From assembly GCF_033153115.1 (NCBI RefSeq), contig NW_026889751.1, positions 32,426,001-32,490,000 of the forward strand: 64,000 nucleotides of DNA, in the 5' to 3' direction. The position numbers and the translations under genes were made by a program. The notes under the pieces were generated by a model that worked only from the letters and a program-made list of their open reading frames with translations, was not told the DNA's origin and did no database searches. The DNA is from Saccostrea echinata. Lineage: Eukaryota. The first letter of the stretch is position 1; every line of letters starts with the position of its first letter. This document shows, piece by piece, positions 61,567 to 64,000 of the stretch.

Positions 61567-63345
61567 GTAAAATGCATCAATTTGTGAACTTTTGCAAATA
61601 TTGTATACTTTAAAAACATTATGTTCAACATGTTTAACTGTGACAATTTTAATGTGTAATTTACATGTAGGGAGAGGGCGTTATAAGTTTTCAGAACTTG
61701 TGCCCAATCCCTTTGTAATTATAAATTACAATAAAATATGTTCAAATCAAATCAACTTGTTTCGTTCACACATATTTTGATGTAGATGTATGGTATGGTC
61801 AGGAGTTTTATTCGAGGTGTCCCGAGTGGTTTGGAATTGTGGGTTGACAGTTTAAACTTGCCTCAGGTTTTTGTCGTCAGTGCTAGCCAAACAAAGAGTA
61901 AGGTTTGTTTAAAATCATATAATCAAATCTTTGATAAAGATTTATGTTAAGATGCACAATAGAAAATATTAAAATTATAGCTCATATCATTTACTTTTCC
62001 GGGTCATTCCCTTTGGGATCATTCCACTATACTTCCAGAACATTTCACTATGCTTCCGGGTTATTCTTTCCAGATAGGATATTTTTTTGGTGGCTACTTA
62101 ATTTGCATTATCATTGTGTGGTGGTTTCCTTTTCCGAACAAATTACTAATCAAAATTTTAAAGTAAAACCCTTATTATAAATAACAAATTTTTATTGATA
62201 ATTTGTCTAACATTTACATGGGTATCGCAAGAAGACAGGTTTCCACTCTTTTGCAGTATATTTTGATAGTAAAATGGCTTTTATGGTAGTAATGATTTGT
62301 CACCGATTATATACTTGTATCTCTTCACAAGTGCTATATTTTTTTTTAGATAGAGTATATTTTTTTACCGTCTCAATTTAGCAAAAAGAGAATTTCATTC
62401 TATTGATGTTTTCTTTATTTTCCAGAATACTTACTGTGGGTCACTGGTCAACGTTCACTGTACGAACCATAGCAACCTTCGCCGTGTCATTCTGTCCCCC
62501 GGTCTACTCAATTTCAAACAAGAATTGTTTTTTCGAGGTTACGGAACTCTTAAAATTGATTAGTCAATAATCTATGATGCTTTCAAATATGAATTTCTCT
62601 GCATAATTATCTAAAAATTTCTAATACTGTAATTTTAGGGGTAAATGCGAGAACTTTGACGATCTTAGAAGAGATTTTTCCGTCTGGAAGTTTCCGTGAT
62701 GTAAGCGTTCCAGGAACGACTCAATTGTATTTCACATCCAATGAAGAAGACATATTGAAAATGCAAGTAATTTTTTTCTGTAATAATAAAGAAATTTACA
62801 GTTAAAATCAGTATACCAAATTTTCAATGAACAATATGTAACCTTTTTGTGTTGTTTGATATAATTGTTAGCCTTCTAAATATTTGACTGAACTAGGTGA
62901 TTGTCTGTTATTTAGCGATGTCCCTGATGACTTCTGTGTGGGTCCATTCAATGAAAAAGTTTCCCGGAGAATTGAAGAGGTTTGGAAATTCACCCCTCAG
63001 GGCATCAGCCAGATGAAGTTGGATGAACGTAAGTGGGGATTTCCGGGTTTTGCAGTATATCACGTGACTTCCGGGAATCTTGCCGGGTGGGCTGTTCAGA
63101 ACATTGATGGAATCATGGGTCATTTGTTTGCGGAAGAAAAATATCGCGGAAGAGGTGTAGCCAAATTTCTGACTTCAGTACTCGCCAGGAGTGTGATAAA
63201 ACAAGATGGCTTTGTAGCGGCGGAGATCGTGAAAAGCAACATCACGTCTAAGACTGTGACAAGTTATATCGGACTAGCGGAAGTGAAAGGTTCCGAGTTT
63301 GAATGTAGAATGTTCAGATTAAACTTGGACAGTAAATTCAAGTGA
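60283..63345 (+). CDS. Glycine N-acyltransferase-like GNAT protein, 5 exons (60283-60360, 61786-61902, 62426-62537, 62639-62766, 62872-63345), about 302 aa
   Basis: GT-AG junctions with consistent phases give one open frame; C-terminal GNAT motif [18 protein letters not shown] and a conserved N..S; N-terminal half resembles GLYAT-like proteins. Confidence 0.8.
60540..61756 (+). mobile_element. Degraded 5'-truncated CR1/L2-group LINE in GNAT intron 1, related to 10030-14147
   Basis: [11 protein letters not shown]...[14 protein letters not shown]...[14 protein letters not shown] parallels RPILEYADIVW...EAARIITGL...LGWEPLYLRR; same 3' stem-loop; caataaaatatgttc(aaatc)n tail. 5' boundary approximate. 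Confidence 0.85.
61484..61564. repeat. (TA)n microsatellite within the LINE 3' UTR
   Basis: About 40 TA units; a short (TA)n lies at the equivalent place in the other LINE (~13870). Confidence 0.95.
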
Positions 63346-64000
63346 TATTTTGAGCATTGATTTACTTCGTCTTCATTTAATGTTTAAACAACAAACAGTC
63401 ATCAAAATACAAGTTAGATATATAAATACAGCATAAGGGTAAATATGCTTCAAACCTTGTTATTGAATTGTAATCTCTTTATAACTAAATTTAAATACAA
63501 AATTAATCTAGTTAAAATTGTTTTCCATTCAACAGATAGATTCGCTTGACATATACTTATTATAGATAATTTGGCGTATTATGTAGGTATTTCTATGTAT
63601 ACTGAAAGGAAAAAAGGAAAGGAATATCTAAATGTATTAATTTAGCATATATTATGTGCGACACAATGATAACAAAGTACAATTTTATGAAATACATGTA
63701 TTTCATTCATAATTAACATTTCTCGAAGCATGCTATCGAATTAAACGATATTTTAGCACCAACGTTTTTAACTATAGGGAGTAGGGAGTTGAATTTTAAA
63801 TTTCAGAATTTCGATATCGCATGTGTCCTCATCCCGCCAATGGTACAGCAGCTGGTAGGGTTTCATTTTGAACATAAAATTGATCAGAAGTTTGCAATTG
63901 ATCCTCCGAATGGGGATGAAATTTCCCTTCTCAATTAAGTTCTTGCCTCAACTCATTGGTGGCATTTGAAATCAAGCATGGAAGTTAAAATTTGTTGATC

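Noticed and set aside
61431-61646. (IY)n ORFs
   Set aside because: (TA)n microsatellite.

Overview
AT-rich animal genomic DNA, most consistent with a bivalve mollusc (oyster-like; inferred from gene and repeat families, not proven). The core is a head-to-tail (+ strand) tandem array of seven RING-less TRIM-like genes (B-box1, B-box2, coiled coil, NHL-type beta-propeller), each with a single coding exon. Two are intact (22111, 51475), one is nearly intact (32540) and four are pseudogenes; older B-box relics lie in the spacers. Each copy has a predicted non-coding first exon and an intron carrying an invariant IRF/ISRE-like 11-mer, and paralog differences cluster in propeller loops predicted to form one face. 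Together these suggest an inducible, diversifying immune-sensor array (inference). The first copy is interrupted by a young CR1/L2-group LINE with a 13-bp TSD, whose intact ORF has a hydrophobic leader joined to APE-RT by a variant 2A ribosome-skipping motif (CVETNPGP). Spacers are packed with tRNA/Deu-type SINEs, non-autonomous DNA transposons (hAT-, mariner-, CMC-, Transib-, Kolobok-, P- and Helentron-like), a solo LTR and recurrent TA->TACATGTA micro-insertions. The right end holds an orphan 218-aa gene and a five-exon glycine N-acyltransferase-like (GNAT) gene. There are two assembly gaps. All coordinates were read by eye.
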